From NCBI GenBank assembly GCA_963733255.1, contig CAVTCH010000019.1:452328-516327 (forward strand): 64,000 nucleotides of DNA. Direction: 5' to 3'. This DNA comes from an uncultured Actinomycetes bacterium. GTDB lineage: Bacteria; Actinomycetota; Thermoleophilia; UBA2241. A program made the translations under genes and the position numbers. Below, one piece after another: positions 52,647-62,891 of this stretch (the stretch's first letter is position 1; each line of letters starts with the position of its first letter). The notes beneath the pieces are model-generated. The model saw only the letters and a program-made list of their open reading frames with translations, was not told where the DNA came from and searched no databases.

Positions 52647-54113
52647 TCAGGCGCCCGTCGCGATCTCGATCCGTCCTTGCCTGATCGCCTTGGTCACGAG
52701 CTCGTAGTCGCGCTCGGCCTGGTCGGCATAGGCTTCGGCGAAGTCGGCGATGACCTGATCGAAGTGGTCACTCGAGCCGATGTAGGCGGCGATCGCCATG
52801 CGATCGCCGGAGCGAGCGTGAGCGCGGGCCAGGGTCCAGCCGCAGAGCCCGGCGTACACTCCCAGGCCGGCCGGTCGCACGCGATCGACCGGGATCGCCC
52901 CTTTGAGGTCGTGAAGCTGACGCCAGTAGAGGTCGCGGCGCGCCGGACCGCTGGCCCGCACCCAGCCCAGAAAGGTGTCGCTGGCCGCCTGCATCAGGCG
53001 CTGGCCGGTCACGACGCGGTGGCCGTGGTTCGCGTAGCGGCTGCGACCGGCATAGGCCTCGAGCACCGAAGGTCCGGCCTCCTTGAGCTGCAGGATCAAC
53101 GGATCGCCGTCGTCGCGACCCATGAACAGCGCGATCAGATCCCAGGTACCGACGCTGCCCACACCGACCACCTTGAAGGCCAGGTCGACGAAGGCGTAGC
53201 GGTCGAGCAACGTGCGCCACTCGTCGGAGAGGGTGCGGCGGTAGTCGGCAAAGGCGCGGCGACCGACATCTTCCATGGCGGCCTGTTCCGCGGTGAGGTG
53301 GGCGATGAGTGGCGGCCGGTCGACAAAGCGCGGCACGCCGTCGATCAGGGTGGTGAGCTTGTGGAACGCCTCGATGCTGTTGTGTGTCCGCGCCTTGGCG
53401 ACCATCGCCATGGTCGTCTTGGCGCGAGCGCCGGCGGTCTCCTTGACGATGGCCAGGGCGTCCTCTGCCGTTACGCGCGAATACCAGACCGTGCGGTTGT
53501 CCAGGGTCGCATAGCGGGCCATCCAGGTGCGATACGAGCACACCGCGGCCAGTGCCGCATCGTGGCCCTGGGCGGCCGTGAAGCCCCGTTCGCGAGCGGC
53601 GATGACAATGCTCGTGGCCAGGCGCTTGAGGTCCCACTCCCAGGGCCCGGGCGCGGTCTCGTCGAAGTCGTTGACGTCGAAGATCAGGCTGCGGTTGGGC
53701 GCGGCGAAGACACCGAAGTTCATGAGGTGAGCGTCGCCGCAGAGCTGCACCCTCAGACCTGAGGTGGGCGTCGTTGCAAGGTCGGCGGCCATGGCCAGAG
53801 CCGCCCCACGGTAGAAGGCAAACGGGGAGACCGACATACGGCCCCAGCGCACCGGTACCAGCCCGGGGACACGGCCTGCGTCCTGACTGCGCAGTAAGGC
53901 GACGGGATCGGGGCGCTCCGCCGCCGGTCTCCAGACCGCGTGTGCCGAGCGCGGCGCCACCTGGCGAGCCGCCCTGCCCAGGGCGGCGTGCTCACGGGCC
54001 GCCTGCCAACCCCCGTTGACGAGCGCCAGCGGCGCGCTTCGGGGTCGCGTCACCCGCTCTTCCTCGATCGCGATCCAGGTAGCCAGCGTTTGGGCCGTGC
54101 CTTGTCTGCCCAT
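52647..54113 (-). CDS. DUF2252-family protein
   Basis: SPFAFYRGAALAMAADL...LCGDAHLMNFG...FDVNDFDET... is typical DUF2252. Start chosen at MGRQGT, so uncertain. Confidence 0.7.
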   Translation of the reverse strand: MGRQGTAQTLATWIAIEEERVTRPRSAPLALVNGGWQAAREHAALGRAARQVAPRSAHAVWRPAAERPDPVALLRSQDAGRVPGLVPVRWGRMSVSPFAFYRGAALAMAADLATTPTSGLRVQLCGDAHLMNFGVFAAPNRSLIFDVNDFDETAPGPWEWDLKRLATSIVIAARERGFTAAQGHDAALAAVCSYRTWMARYATLDNRTVWYSRVTAEDALAIVKETAGARAKTTMAMVAKARTHNSIEAFHKLTTLIDGVPRFVDRPPLIAHLTAEQAAMEDVGRRAFADYRRTLSDEWRTLLDRYAFVDLAFKVVGVGSVGTWDLIALFMGRDDGDPLILQLKEAGPSVLEAYAGRSRYANHGHRVVTGQRLMQAASDTFLGWVRASGPARRDLYWRQLHDLKGAIPVDRVRPAGLGVYAGLCGWTLARAHARSGDRMAIAAYIGSSDHFDQVIADFAEAYADQAERDYELVTKAIRQGRIEIATGA

Positions 54114-54387
54114 CTCCACCCCGGGGCCGGCGATTTCGTCCGCTTGCAGGTCTACGGAGGTGGTTCCCCTTCCACCAGTCCGCCAGTCGTCGATGCGTGG
54201 CACCCGGCGTGCTCGGGCCCTCAGGGCTCGGGGCAGGTTGACCCTCGCCCGCGACGTGGGTACTTTCACAGGATCGACGCGCCCAGCTTCGGCGACGGCC
54301 TGAGCGCTCGGCAGAAGGGAGTGACCAACGCCTTCGAGACGACCCCCACTGGCAACCATCGCGGGACTGGCGGCGATCGTCGTCTGC

Positions 54388-54948
54388 GTGGCGCTCGCGG
54401 TGGTGGCCTACGCCTACTATCCGCGGGCCTTCAGTCCGGCCGCCAACTGGATCAGCGACCTGGGTGACACCCTGCTCAGCCCCCGGGGCTCGATCTTCTT
54501 TCGAGTCGACATGGTCACCGTCGGCGCGGTGCTGGTTGCCTTCTTCGTCGGACTTTCATCCTGGCATCACGGCCAGCGTCTCATCTTCAGGGCGTTCCTT
54601 GGCCTCGGCCAGTTCAGCGGCCTGGTCGCCGCCGCGGCCCTGATGATGACCGGCTTCTACTCAGAGAACGACTCGGCGGCTCACGCGATCTGGGTCACCG
54701 TCCTGTTCATCGCCATGGCGAGCGCCGTCTGGTTCATCGGCTGGGCGCCGGTGTGGCATCCCCGTCTGCCCCGAAGGGTCCCCTATGTGGCCTGGGTCGC
54801 CTGCGCAGCCGACCTGGTCGCGATCATCGCCCATCGCCACTGGCTGGAGTGGCTCGCGGTAGCGCTGCTGCTGTGCTTCGTGGCCGCGGTCGCCCTGGGG
54901 ACCTGGACGATGACCCCGAGTCAGGTGTCCGGCGATCGTTCGCCCTGA
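54388..54948 (+). CDS. Integral membrane protein (DUF998-like)
   Basis: Multiple hydrophobic segments. Start may lie upstream. Confidence 0.45.
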   Translation: MALAVVAYAYYPRAFSPAANWISDLGDTLLSPRGSIFFRVDMVTVGAVLVAFFVGLSSWHHGQRLIFRAFLGLGQFSGLVAAAALMMTGFYSENDSAAHAIWVTVLFIAMASAVWFIGWAPVWHPRLPRRVPYVAWVACAADLVAIIAHRHWLEWLAVALLLCFVAAVALGTWTMTPSQVSGDRSP

Positions 54949-55001
54949 CGGCTCGGTCAACTCACGCCGCGCCGGCCGCACGCGATAGAGTACTTGCTGC
55001 C

Positions 55002-56447
55002 GTGAGCACCGACATCCGCTACATCGTGCTTTCCGACGCCCATCTCGGCGCCGCCAACAGCATCCTCACGCCGACGAAGGCCGAGGAGGCCAGGGGCGAG
55101 CGAGACCAGGCCGGTACCGTCATGAGCGGCCTGATCGACTGCCTCGCGACCCTGGTCGCCGCAAACCAGGGCGACCGCTTGCCGACCCTGGTCGCCTCGG
55201 GTGACCTGCTCGACCTCGCCCTCTCGCCGCCGGAGCAAGCCGTGCCGGTCCTGGGCCGGCTGCTGGTCGGCCTCTTGGCGCCGCGGCGGCCCGTCGTCGA
55301 CCACGAGGTCATCCTTCTGCCCGGCAACCACGACCACATCCTCTGGGAGTACACCCGAGAGCACTGGCTCGAGAAGCACCTGTCCGAGGTCATCCAGGGA
55401 GATCTCGCGGCGCCGGCGATGCGCCATCGCATCGGCCCGATGTGGCTCGACGAGCAGCCGCGCTACGAGGCCCCGCTGGTGTCGGAGGTCATGCGCGGAA
55501 CGGCACACCTGGACGACGCGCGCCTGCGCGTGCTCTACCCCGACCTGGCGCTGGCATCCTCCGATGGCAGTCGGGTCGTGCTGATCACCCACGGCCACTA
55601 CATCGAGTCGGTCAGCAAGGTCATGTCGGGGTTCCTGCGGACCCTCGCACCGAACGTGCCCGAGCCACTCGACGTCGAGACCATGGAGCAGGAGAACTGG
55701 CCCTGGCTCGACTTCTTCTTCTCGTCGATGACGCGCTCGGGCAGAGCCGGAGCGCTCGTGGAGAGCATCTACGACGCGCTGCAGGACGAGGCGGCCCTGT
55801 CTCGACTGCTCGATGAGGTGGCGCGCAGCATGACGGTCAAGAGCGGTCGCCTGGTGGGCACCGCGGAACGCCTCGGCATTCGCTGGGGCGTCGGGGCGCT
55901 GGTCGACATGATCGCCTCTGCGCGCGAGCGGGGCGTCACGACGGAGCTGCTGACCAAAGACACCCGGGACGGCCTTGGCAAGTACCTCGTCTCGCTGCGC
56001 TCGCGCCTCCGGGAAGACGGCCGCGCTCTGCCCAACGATGCCGCGCTGATCATCGGTCACACCCACAAGCCCTTTTGCCAATGGTGGCCCGACGCCTCCT
56101 GGCCGGGCGGCGGGCTGCGGGTTCACAACACCGGCGGCTGGGTGGTCGATCACGCCACGGCCCAACCCCTGATGGGAGGCGCGGTGGCGCTGGTCAGTGA
56201 CGATCTCGACGTGGCGCTCGTGCGACTCCACCAGCAGATCGACGACCCGCAGGACTGGCACGTCACGATCGATGCGATCGACGGCGACGGCTCGGAGGCG
56301 GCCTTCGCCGCCCATCTGCGCGCGCTGATCGAGGGCCACCCCGGCGTCTTTGCCTCGCTGGTGGACAGAGCGGCGCAGGCCGTGCGTGACCGGCGAGCCG
56401 CCAACCAGCTCCTGCTCGACAGTCGCCCGGAGATGCTGGGAGGCTAG
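55002..56447 (+). CDS. Calcineurin-like metallophosphoesterase with long C-terminal extension
   Basis: IVLSDAHLG and LLPGNHDH metal-binding motifs. GTG start with a weak SD. Confidence 0.7.
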   Translation: MSTDIRYIVLSDAHLGAANSILTPTKAEEARGERDQAGTVMSGLIDCLATLVAANQGDRLPTLVASGDLLDLALSPPEQAVPVLGRLLVGLLAPRRPVVDHEVILLPGNHDHILWEYTREHWLEKHLSEVIQGDLAAPAMRHRIGPMWLDEQPRYEAPLVSEVMRGTAHLDDARLRVLYPDLALASSDGSRVVLITHGHYIESVSKVMSGFLRTLAPNVPEPLDVETMEQENWPWLDFFFSSMTRSGRAGALVESIYDALQDEAALSRLLDEVARSMTVKSGRLVGTAERLGIRWGVGALVDMIASARERGVTTELLTKDTRDGLGKYLVSLRSRLREDGRALPNDAALIIGHTHKPFCQWWPDASWPGGGLRVHNTGGWVVDHATAQPLMGGAVALVSDDLDVALVRLHQQIDDPQDWHVTIDAIDGDGSEAAFAAHLRALIEGHPGVFASLVDRAAQAVRDRRAANQLLLDSRPEMLGG

Positions 56448-56525
56448 GGCCGTGAGGCCGTCGAGGTCGGCCTGATCGTCCGGCAGCTCCAACCGCCGCG
56501 CCTCGAGCCGTGAGCCCCCGCCCCC

Positions 56526-58535
56526 CTACGCCCAGCCCTCGAGCTCATCCCTATGTTCCCAGGCCCTCAGCCGCCGCATGCGGCGCCGCACCACGATCGA
56601 CGGACAGATCAGCAGGGCGGCGAGCAGCAGCACGGCCGCGGCGACCCGCAGACGGGCCGCGGTATGAGAGACGGGCGGGGGAGGGCTGCCGCCCCCGCCC
56701 CCCAGCGCGCCGCCGCTCACCTGGCCGATGCTCACGGGGACGCCGCTGATCGCACCCGCCGTGGCTCCCCCAGACGTGGCGACCTGCTGCTCGCTGGGCA
56801 CGACCAGGTCGGCTCCGCTCGTATTCGAGGTCGAGCCCGACGTGCCGGCCGTGCCGCTGCCGCCCAGGTCGATGCTCGTGCCCTGACCGGCGCCGACGCC
56901 CGTGCCGCTGCCCGCGCCGCCCACACCGGTGCCGGTGCCTGTGCCGGTTCCTGAGGCGGTGCCGTTGCCACCGGTCGCGCCACCGTTGCCTGAGCCAGTC
57001 GATTTGGTCTGGCCGGTCGTGTAGGTGAGCACGACATCGTTCAGCGAAGGCGCGAGCCACAGGTCGGTCTTGCGGGGCGCGTTGAGCACGAAGTCGAACC
57101 TGATCGTCGAGGTGACCGCACCGCGCACCGAGTAGCTGCCGGGGCGACGGAACTCGCGCCGATGTCCGTCCGCCAGGTAGTAGTGGACCGTCACCGACGT
57201 GCCGTTCAGCGTGCTGGCCCTCACGCGCAGCGTCACCAGATGGGCCTGCGTGGCTCCGCTTGCCAGGCGGAAGGTCTTCGTGTCGGCCTGGGCGCCGCCG
57301 CTGTTACCGATCAGGGCGACGTACTGGGCGCTCGTGTCGCACACCAGCAGGGCGCCGTCGATCCTGTCAGTGGCGACACCCGCCGGGGGCGCTCCGCTGG
57401 CGCGCTCGGCCAGCCGGGGAGCGGCGAGCGAGCCGGCGCTGCCGAGCCCGCTCGAGCTCCAGACGACGTCGTGGTCAGCGTTCACCTCGATCACCCGTCC
57501 GTTGCCCGTGTCGGCGATCAGCACGTCGCCGTTCGACTCAATCCCGGCGCCCAGTGGGCCGTTCAGATACCCGCCGCCGGCGCCGGCCACGCCCGAGACG
57601 CCATACTGCCACGACGGCGCCGTGCCACCGCTGACCACCTTGATGACCCGGTCGGCGCGCAAGTCGGTGATCAGGGTGGAGCCATCGCTTTCGCGCTCGA
57701 CGTCGGTCGGGCCCTCGAGCTGGTCGGCGCCGGTGCCGGGCGTGCCGCCGTAGCGCCACACCACATCGCTGGGATCTGCCCAGTTCACCTCGAGCACCTT
57801 GGGCGCGCTCGCCGCCTCGTCGGCGATCAGTACGGCCGGCCCGGAGTCGCCGGTGCCGTTCGCGACGTACTCTGCGCAAACGGGATCGGACAGCGCGTCG
57901 GCGCCGGTCCCCGTGTAGCTCCACAAGAGAGCGTCGGCGTTGTCGCGGTCGACCGCAAACACGCGCCCCGCGCCCGAGTCGGCGATGATGACGATACGGT
58001 GGCCGTCGCTGCCCCTCGTGAACTGCCACGTCCACGACGGCGTCTGAAGGACCGGGTCACCTGCGCCGCCAGCGTACGACCACACCGGCGTGACGCCGGC
58101 CGACAGTATCTTGACCTGACCGCCGCAGCAGACCAGCTCCGTGCCATCGGACAGCCATTGTGCCGACCCCAGGCCGCCGCCCGCCGCCCCTGTGGCCCGC
58201 GACCACAGGATCCTGCGGCCGAGCGTGAGCGTCTTGTCGGTGCCGCCGCTGACCTGAAGCCCACTGCTGCGGCGCTGCGAGAGACCGGTCAGGTAGAAGG
58301 CGTGACCCGGTGTGCCGAGCGCAAGGGTCGCGGTGTTTGCGCTCGCGCCGGCGCTCGCCGACGCCAGGGCGGCGCCCAGGGCGAGCACAGCGACGGCGGC
58401 CGCCACTGCGAAGAGCGACACGACCAGGCCGGGAGGCGGCGCCGAGGAAGCGGTCGAGGTCGTCGGGCGGCCCGGGGATGCCGAAGAGGCGGTCCCTCTT
58501 CTCGGCCGAGAAGTCGGATGCGTGGCCGGTCTCAT
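56526..58535 (-). CDS. Membrane-anchored NHL/YVTN-type beta-propeller protein with Gly/Thr/Ser-rich linker and C-terminal TM segment
   Basis: N-terminal signal-anchor (LVVSLFAVAAAVAVLALGAALASA). Repeated blades (IIADSGAGRVFAVD, LIADEAASAPKVLEVN, LITDLRADRVIKV, LIADTGNGRVIEVN). Linker GTGTGTGTGVGGAGSGTGVGAG. C-terminal TM plus RRRMRR. Confidence 0.6.
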   Translation of the reverse strand: MRPATHPTSRPRRGTASSASPGRPTTSTASSAPPPGLVVSLFAVAAAVAVLALGAALASASAGASANTATLALGTPGHAFYLTGLSQRRSSGLQVSGGTDKTLTLGRRILWSRATGAAGGGLGSAQWLSDGTELVCCGGQVKILSAGVTPVWSYAGGAGDPVLQTPSWTWQFTRGSDGHRIVIIADSGAGRVFAVDRDNADALLWSYTGTGADALSDPVCAEYVANGTGDSGPAVLIADEAASAPKVLEVNWADPSDVVWRYGGTPGTGADQLEGPTDVERESDGSTLITDLRADRVIKVVSGGTAPSWQYGVSGVAGAGGGYLNGPLGAGIESNGDVLIADTGNGRVIEVNADHDVVWSSSGLGSAGSLAAPRLAERASGAPPAGVATDRIDGALLVCDTSAQYVALIGNSGGAQADTKTFRLASGATQAHLVTLRVRASTLNGTSVTVHYYLADGHRREFRRPGSYSVRGAVTSTIRFDFVLNAPRKTDLWLAPSLNDVVLTYTTGQTKSTGSGNGGATGGNGTASGTGTGTGTGVGGAGSGTGVGAGQGTSIDLGGSGTAGTSGSTSNTSGADLVVPSEQQVATSGGATAGAISGVPVSIGQVSGGALGGGGGSPPPPVSHTAARLRVAAAVLLLAALLICPSIVVRRRMRRLRAWEHRDELEGWA

Positions 58536-58542
58536 TCCTCGC

Positions 58543-59754
58543 CTACCCGTCGCGGCCGTCGGGGATGAGGTGGACCGCCGCGGCCGGGATGACGAGCTCG
58601 ACGGCGGCGCCCGGCGCCGCCTCGAAGCCGTCGCCGTAGGCGCGCGGCACGAAGACGGTCAATCCCCCGGCGTCGACCGCGACCAGCCGGCCGTTGGCCG
58701 TCTCGCGCACGTCCACGACGTGGGCCGCGACGACGTTGTCGGCGAGCGGCAAGTGACCGTCGGCCACGCCCCGCCGCAGCACGATGTCGTCGGCGCGCAC
58801 GACCGCGGTCACCGGACCGCTGGTGGTCAGCGCGCCGCGAGCCGCTGCGTCCGCGCGCAGCACCAGGCCATCGGCCAGCGTCACCTCGCAACCGTCACTC
58901 TTGCCGAGCGAGCGAGCCGTCGCTGCCAGCACGTTGCGCGCCCCGGTGAGCCGCGCCACGGCAGCGCTGGCCGGGTGTGCGACGACCTCGTCGATCGGGC
59001 CGTCCTGGATAATTCGGCCGGCGATCAGCACGACGCAGCGGCGTGCCACCGCGAGCGCCTCGTCGAGACTGTGGGTGACGTGGATCATGGTCATGGCGAA
59101 CCGTTCATGCACCCTGACCAGCTCGGCCTGAAGCTCTTCGCGCGCCTCCGGATCGAGGGCGCTGAGCGGTTCGTCGAGCAGCAGCGCGCGGGGACGGGCG
59201 GCGAGCGCGCGGGCCAGCGCGACGCGCTGGCACTCACCGCCCGACAGCGTGCCGGGCCGGCGTCCGAGCAAGGCCGCGACGCCGAGCGCCTCGGCCACCT
59301 CGCGGACGCGGGCATTCCAGTCGGTGGCACTCGCGTGGGTCCGAGCGCCGCCGTCTTCCCCACTGGCCCGCGCCCGGTTCACGTAGCTCGCCTGCGGGGC
59401 GCCATCGCCGTTCACCCGCGAGCGCACGCCGGTCCAGCGCGCGAGCCCGCCGCCCGTGACCGTGGGTCCGAAGGCGATGTTGCGGGCCACCGTCAGGTGG
59501 GGGAACAGCAGCGGCCGCTGGCCGACCAGGCCGATGCCGCGGCGTTCGGGCGGCGCGCCGGTCACGTCGCGCTCGCCGGCCGCGATGCGACCCGCCGCGG
59601 CAGGCCGCAGGCCGGCGAGCGCCTCGAGCAGCACGCTCTTGCCGGCGCCGCTCGGACCCACGACGGCGAGGTACTCGCCGTCGGCCACCGCCAGATCGAC
59701 GGGACCGAGCGCGAAGCCGCCGGCGCGCACCTGCAGGGCGTCGGCGCGGATCAT
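58543..59754 (-). CDS. ABC transporter ATP-binding protein, ModC/WtpC-like with C-terminal TOBE/MOP-like domain
   Basis: Walker A GPSGAGKS, LSGGECQRVALARAL, DEPLSALD, and a C-terminal beta-rich domain. Start overlaps the permease stop (ATGA). Confidence 0.8.
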   Translation of the reverse strand: MIRADALQVRAGGFALGPVDLAVADGEYLAVVGPSGAGKSVLLEALAGLRPAAAGRIAAGERDVTGAPPERRGIGLVGQRPLLFPHLTVARNIAFGPTVTGGGLARWTGVRSRVNGDGAPQASYVNRARASGEDGGARTHASATDWNARVREVAEALGVAALLGRRPGTLSGGECQRVALARALAARPRALLLDEPLSALDPEAREELQAELVRVHERFAMTMIHVTHSLDEALAVARRCVVLIAGRIIQDGPIDEVVAHPASAAVARLTGARNVLAATARSLGKSDGCEVTLADGLVLRADAAARGALTTSGPVTAVVRADDIVLRRGVADGHLPLADNVVAAHVVDVRETANGRLVAVDAGGLTVFVPRAYGDGFEAAPGAAVELVIPAAAVHLIPDGRDG

Positions 59755-60605
59755 GCCCGCTCCTCGCGCCGGCCCGACATGGCGCGCACCACGATGAAGA
59801 CCACCAGTGCGACCAGCACGATCAGCAAGGCGGCCGGCTTGGCGGCGTTCAGGCCGAGACCTTCGAAACGTTCGTAGACGAGCACCGACATGGTCTTCGG
59901 GTTGTAGGCGAGGATGACGATGGCGCCGAACTCGCTCATGCCGCGCGCCCACATGAGCAACGCGCCGGCCAGCACGCCGCGGCGCGCCAGCGGCAGGGCG
60001 ATGCGCCAGAAGGCGACCCCGGGCGTGGCGCCCAGCGTGCGGGCCACCCGCTCGTAGCCGGGGTCGACCAGGGCGAAGGCCTCGCGAGCGGTGTCGACGA
60101 GAAACGGCAGGCTCACGAAGAGCATGGCCACCACGATGCCGGCCAGCGTGTCGGTGAAGGCGATGCCGAGGTGGGCGAAGCCGCGCCCGAACACGCCCGT
60201 ACGGCCGAAGACCAGCAGCAGCGCGAGACCGGCAGCGGTATGCGGAAAGACGATGGGCAGATCGATCAGGCCCTCGATCAGGCGCTTGCCGGCGAAGTTG
60301 CGGCGCGCCAGAAGATAGGCGAGGGGCACGCCGAACAGCGCCGCCAGCAGCGTAGCCAGCAGGGCCGCCTCGATCGAGGTGAACAGGGCCTGACGCACGT
60401 CGGCGGCGCGCATCGTGCTGATCAGCTCGTGCAGGCCGGTACCGGTGACCAGGGCGACGAGCGGGGCTGCCACGAAGATGAGCAGGATGAAGCCGAGCCC
60501 CCACGACACGACGGCGAAGGCGGCGGGGCGGCGGCGAGGCCGTACGGCCTCGCCGCCGCCCCGCCCCTTGCGCCCCTCGAGCGTGCCGGAGCCGGCCACG
60601 TTCAC
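59751..60605 (-). CDS. ABC transporter permease, ModB/CysTW-like
   Basis: Six TMS with an EAA-like loop (ARTLGATPGVAFWRIALPLAR). Confidence 0.8.
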   Translation of the reverse strand: MNVAGSGTLEGRKGRGGGEAVRPRRRPAAFAVVSWGLGFILLIFVAAPLVALVTGTGLHELISTMRAADVRQALFTSIEAALLATLLAALFGVPLAYLLARRNFAGKRLIEGLIDLPIVFPHTAAGLALLLVFGRTGVFGRGFAHLGIAFTDTLAGIVVAMLFVSLPFLVDTAREAFALVDPGYERVARTLGATPGVAFWRIALPLARRGVLAGALLMWARGMSEFGAIVILAYNPKTMSVLVYERFEGLGLNAAKPAALLIVLVALVVFIVVRAMSGRREERA

Positions 60606-60633
60606 GGCGTCCGCCCCAGATTCGTCCCCGCGC

Positions 60634-61764
60634 TCACGGCATCTGCCCCGCCTTCAGCGGCGCGCACAGCGGGCGTAGTGCCGCCGGCAACGCGTCGTAG
60701 TGGTCGACGAGCGCCGGCGTGATCGAGGGCTGATCGTCGGCCGCCAGGATGGCGCGCCCCTTGGGTCCCAGCAGAAAGGCGATGAAGCGCGCCGCGCCGA
60801 CCGGATCGCCGGCGGTGCTGGGGATGGTCACCGCGTAGGCGATCGGCGCACCCACGAAGACCGGCTTGACGCCGGCGAAGCGCTGAAAGGCGATCGAGAC
60901 GGCGACGCGGGCGTAGTCGGCGGCGTGGCTCTGCGAACCCAGATCGATCGCGGCCGGCAGTCGCACGAAGGGCAGGTGGTGCTGGCGGGCGACGCTCTCG
61001 TACTCGAAGGCGCAGTCGAGGTCGCCGGCCTCGAGCAGGGCGACCAGCTCGATGCTGGCGTCGCGTAGCACAAGACCGGTCCCCGACACGGCGTCGAGCA
61101 GCTCGGGCACGTCGACCACGTCGCGGCCGTCGCCGCTCGTCAGGGTGACGGGCGGCGAAAAGCGGCCGACCGTGACATCGGCGAAGAGGTGGTCGTCGTG
61201 GTAGTAGCGCTGCGCCAGGTCGAGCACCATGAGGGCCCGGTAGCCGGTGGCGTCGAAGCGCGGGTCGGCCAGGCCGAACTGCACGCCCGGGGTGGTGAGC
61301 GCGCGGATCCAGTCGCCCGAGGCAAAGAGCTTCGCGTACCTGCTGCTCGGCGCGTAGGCCAGCACCATGCGGTTGGTGGCAAAGACGGCGTACCAGTCCG
61401 CGGTCGGGTGCTTGGCGTCCTCCATCATGAGCGACACGAGGCTGGCGTCGGCGGAGGTGAGCACGTCGAAGCTGCGACCCAGGTCGGCGACCTGCCTGAT
61501 GACCTGGATGCTGCCATGGCTCTCGGTCTGCACACGCACGCCGGGGTGCGCCTGCTGGTAGGCCTGGGCCAGGCGGCCGAACGGGATGATGAGGCTGTCG
61601 GCGTCGACCAGCGACACGGTCGTGTCGGACGACGAGTGTGAGCAGGCGCCGGTCACGACCACACCCAACAGCGCGGCGGCGGCCAGCACCAGCGCCGCGG
61701 CCGCGCGCCAGCGCAGCCCCGCCGTCGCTCCCGCCCGCCTGCGACCGGTCATCGCCACCCTCAC
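60634..61764 (-). CDS. ABC substrate-binding lipoprotein, molybdate/tungstate (ModA/WtpA/TupA) type
   Basis: Lipoprotein signal (LLGVVVTGACS), periplasmic-binding type-II fold. Start overlaps the upstream gene stop. Confidence 0.7.
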   Translation of the reverse strand: MRVAMTGRRRAGATAGLRWRAAAALVLAAAALLGVVVTGACSHSSSDTTVSLVDADSLIIPFGRLAQAYQQAHPGVRVQTESHGSIQVIRQVADLGRSFDVLTSADASLVSLMMEDAKHPTADWYAVFATNRMVLAYAPSSRYAKLFASGDWIRALTTPGVQFGLADPRFDATGYRALMVLDLAQRYYHDDHLFADVTVGRFSPPVTLTSGDGRDVVDVPELLDAVSGTGLVLRDASIELVALLEAGDLDCAFEYESVARQHHLPFVRLPAAIDLGSQSHAADYARVAVSIAFQRFAGVKPVFVGAPIAYAVTIPSTAGDPVGAARFIAFLLGPKGRAILAADDQPSITPALVDHYDALPAALRPLCAPLKAGQMP

Positions 61765-62807
61765 TTGGGACGCAGCCGCACCTCGGTGATGCGTCCGATC
61801 GACTGGTCGTCGGTCAGGCCGGGGCCCACGAGGCGCAGCGGGAAGTAGTCGGGCGTGAGCGACTCACCGTCCATCTGGCCGGCCAGGATCCAATTCTTGT
61901 GCTTCAGCAGGTCGCGTGAGCTCAGAAAGGTCGTGACGCCGTTGGCCGCGATCAGCTCGACCCGGTAGCCCTTCGCGGCGAGCTTCACGTTGAACGCCCC
62001 GGCGCCGTGGGTGCGGCGATCGTCGACCGAGCCGACCACGAGCCACAGCGGAACGCCGGTCCAGCGCTGCCCCGACGAGTCCGAGTACTCACTGCCGTGG
62101 CAGCCCGGCGAGGCGCACGACACATACGACGCCTGCGTCAGCGTCGAGCTCGTATGGCCCTGCACCGCTACCTGCCACTGGCCCAGCGACTTCTTGACCT
62201 CGAGCCTGTCGACCCAGCGCACCGACCAGTGGCCGTCGACCACGACGTCGGCCCTAGGCTCGGCGAAGACCAGGTGCAGGGGGCCGTCCTCGGACGGGTC
62301 GAGCGGCTTGCCCTGGTGCCGGTAGGCAAGCACGAGCGTGAGCTTGGCCGCCGGCGGGCGTTCGGCGCCGGTCACCGGGTCGTAGGTGATGAAGTCGCCG
62401 CCGGCCGCCTGTCTGGCCGAGAAGGTCATGCCGTAGCCGTCCTTGGCGAGCACGGTGACGCCGTAGGAGGGATCGATGCCGCCGACCTGCGACGAAAGCT
62501 CGGAGAGCGGCACGCCGGTGTACTGGGTGGGGGCCGTGATCACCCCGACGCTGTTCTTGATGCCGGCGTAGCCGGTGTACGACGGCAGCGCCTCGAGTTG
62601 CGCCAAGGTGAACGATTTGCTGCCCTTTGCTCCGACGACGGTGACCACGACCGGTCCAGCCGGACTCTGCGACGCAGCGGTCGAGCCCGCCGAGCCGCAG
62701 CCGCCGAGGCCGCCGATGGTCAGCACCGCGGCCAGCACGAGCGCGGGGACGAGGAGCACGAGGACGATCAGACCGGCCGGCCTCGTGACGATGCTGCGAT
62801 GGCTCAT
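61761..62807 (-). CDS. Lipoprotein with tandem sulfite-oxidase-fold-like (YedY/MsrP-like molybdopterin-binding) half-domains, paralog 1
   Basis: Lipobox LGGCGS. FTLAQLEALP...YTGVPLSEL (first half, no Cys). CHGSEYSDSSGQRWTGVPLWLVVG...FPLRLVGPGLTDDQSIGRITEVRL (second half; compare YedY C-x11-W-GFPL and [25 protein letters not shown]). AAAGGA RBS. Confidence 0.45.
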   Translation of the reverse strand: MSHRSIVTRPAGLIVLVLLVPALVLAAVLTIGGLGGCGSAGSTAASQSPAGPVVVTVVGAKGSKSFTLAQLEALPSYTGYAGIKNSVGVITAPTQYTGVPLSELSSQVGGIDPSYGVTVLAKDGYGMTFSARQAAGGDFITYDPVTGAERPPAAKLTLVLAYRHQGKPLDPSEDGPLHLVFAEPRADVVVDGHWSVRWVDRLEVKKSLGQWQVAVQGHTSSTLTQASYVSCASPGCHGSEYSDSSGQRWTGVPLWLVVGSVDDRRTHGAGAFNVKLAAKGYRVELIAANGVTTFLSSRDLLKHKNWILAGQMDGESLTPDYFPLRLVGPGLTDDQSIGRITEVRLRPK

Positions 62808-62846
62808 GGCCGTCCTTTCGGCGCTCTCGTGCAAAACGGCAGGTGG

Positions 62847-62877
62847 GCGGGCGGGGCGCCTGCGGCGCCCCGCCCGC
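62847..62877. terminator. GC-rich palindrome (GGGCGGGGCGCC-tgc-GGCGCCCCGCCC) between the two paralogous SO-fold-like genes
   Basis: Seen directly. Confidence 0.45.
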
Positions 62878-62891
62878 GACACTCCTTCTCG

